DNA of 36,558 nt, from the NCBI RefSeq assembly GCF_004010195.1, contig NC_057719.1, forward strand, positions 63,236,478 through 63,273,035, written 5' to 3'. A model generated the notes under the pieces. It searched no databases. It was not told where the DNA came from and saw only the letters and a list, made by a program, of their open reading frames with translations. Shown piece after piece: positions 36,098 to 36,558 of the stretch; position 1 is the first letter of the stretch; each line of letters opens with the position of its first letter. The translations under genes were made by a program, and so were the position numbers. Source of the DNA: Chiloscyllium plagiosum. Its lineage: Eukaryota.

Positions 36098-36199
36098 AAT
36101 CATGCCTCTCATAACATTCCTATTTACTGTTGTGGTTCTGTTCGCCGAAATCATGCCTTCATAACATTCCTATTTACTGTTGTGGTTCTGTTCGCCGAA
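36098..36199. repeat. ~50-bp tandem duplication spanning the Penelope/flank junction
   Basis: AATCATGCCT(C)TCATAACATTCCTATTTACTGTTGTGGTTCTGTTCGCCGAA occurs twice. Confidence 0.95.
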
Positions 36200-36214
36200 C
36201 TGGGAATTTGTGTT

Positions 36215-36254
36215 GCAAACGTTTCGTCCCCTGTCTAGGTGACATCCTCAGTGC
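36215..36254 (-). ncRNA. Minimal type I hammerhead ribozyme motif, complete core
   Basis: GCA-CUGAGGA-U-GUC-A-CCU-AGAC-AGG-G-GAC-GAAA-CG-UU-UGC. Stem I is GCA/UGC and stem II is GUC/GAC plus CCU/AGG. Confidence 0.82.
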
Positions 36255-36558
36255 TTGGGAGCCTCCTGTGAAGCGCTTCTGTGATGTTTCCTCCGGCATT
36301 TATAGTGGCCTGTCTCTGCCACTTCCGGTTGTCAGTTCCAGCTGTCCGCTGTAGTGGCCGGTATATTGGGTCCAAGTCGATGTGTTTGTTGATAGAATCT
36401 GTGGATGAGTGCCATGCTTCTAGGAATTCCCTGGCTGTTCTCTGTTTGGCTTGCCCTATAATGGTAGTGTTGTCCCAGTCGAATTCATGTTGCTTGTCAT
36501 CTGCGTGTGTAGCTACTAAGGATAGCTGGTCGTGTCGTTTCGTGGCTAGTTGATGTTC
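36235..36558 (-). CDS. C-terminal 107 aa of a Penelope RT/GIY-YIG polyprotein (partial, not in the ORF track)
   Basis: Hand translation: EHQLATKRHDQLSLVATHADDKQHEFDWDNTTIIGQAKQRTAREFLEAWHSSTDSINKHIDLDPIY...PSTEDVT*. Open from the window edge to TAG at 36237-36235. Confidence 0.85.
   Translation of the reverse strand, partial: EHQLATKRHDQLSLVATHADDKQHEFDWDNTTIIGQAKQRTAREFLEAWHSSTDSINKHIDLDPIYRPLQRTAGTDNRKWQRQATINAGGNITEALHRRLPSTEDVT

Larger units (their letters stand above)
36178..36558 (-). mobile_element. Young Penelope-like element (Poseidon-type), 3' end; continues beyond the window
   Basis: CpG-rich, with a stop-free GIY-YIG C-terminus and an intact HHR. Confidence 0.9.

Overview
Eukaryotic, repeat-dense genomic DNA from a cartilaginous fish, probably a shark. 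This is inferred from recalled HE1-type SINEs, HER1/CR1 LINEs and a Deu-domain SINE; all family names come from memory, not a database search. The window is intronic or intergenic, and no host protein-coding gene was recognised. It contains decayed CR1 and CR1/L2-group LINEs, seven HE1 SINE copies, a second tRNA-derived SINE family, a fossil hAT transposase, a probable solo LTR and many Penelope-like element (PLE) pieces. The main signal is about 13 minimal hammerhead-ribozyme (HHR) motifs in PLE terminal repeats. Many sit in 100-190 bp units flanked by apparent target-site duplications (TSDs). Two have complete cores (30671-30705 and 36215-36254, minus strand). The second overlaps the stop codon of a stop-free GIY-YIG ORF that runs off the window edge. 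Also seen: a five-element nested insertion stack (3470-7925), a local inverted-plus-direct duplication (20309-22268) and unverified candidate exons.
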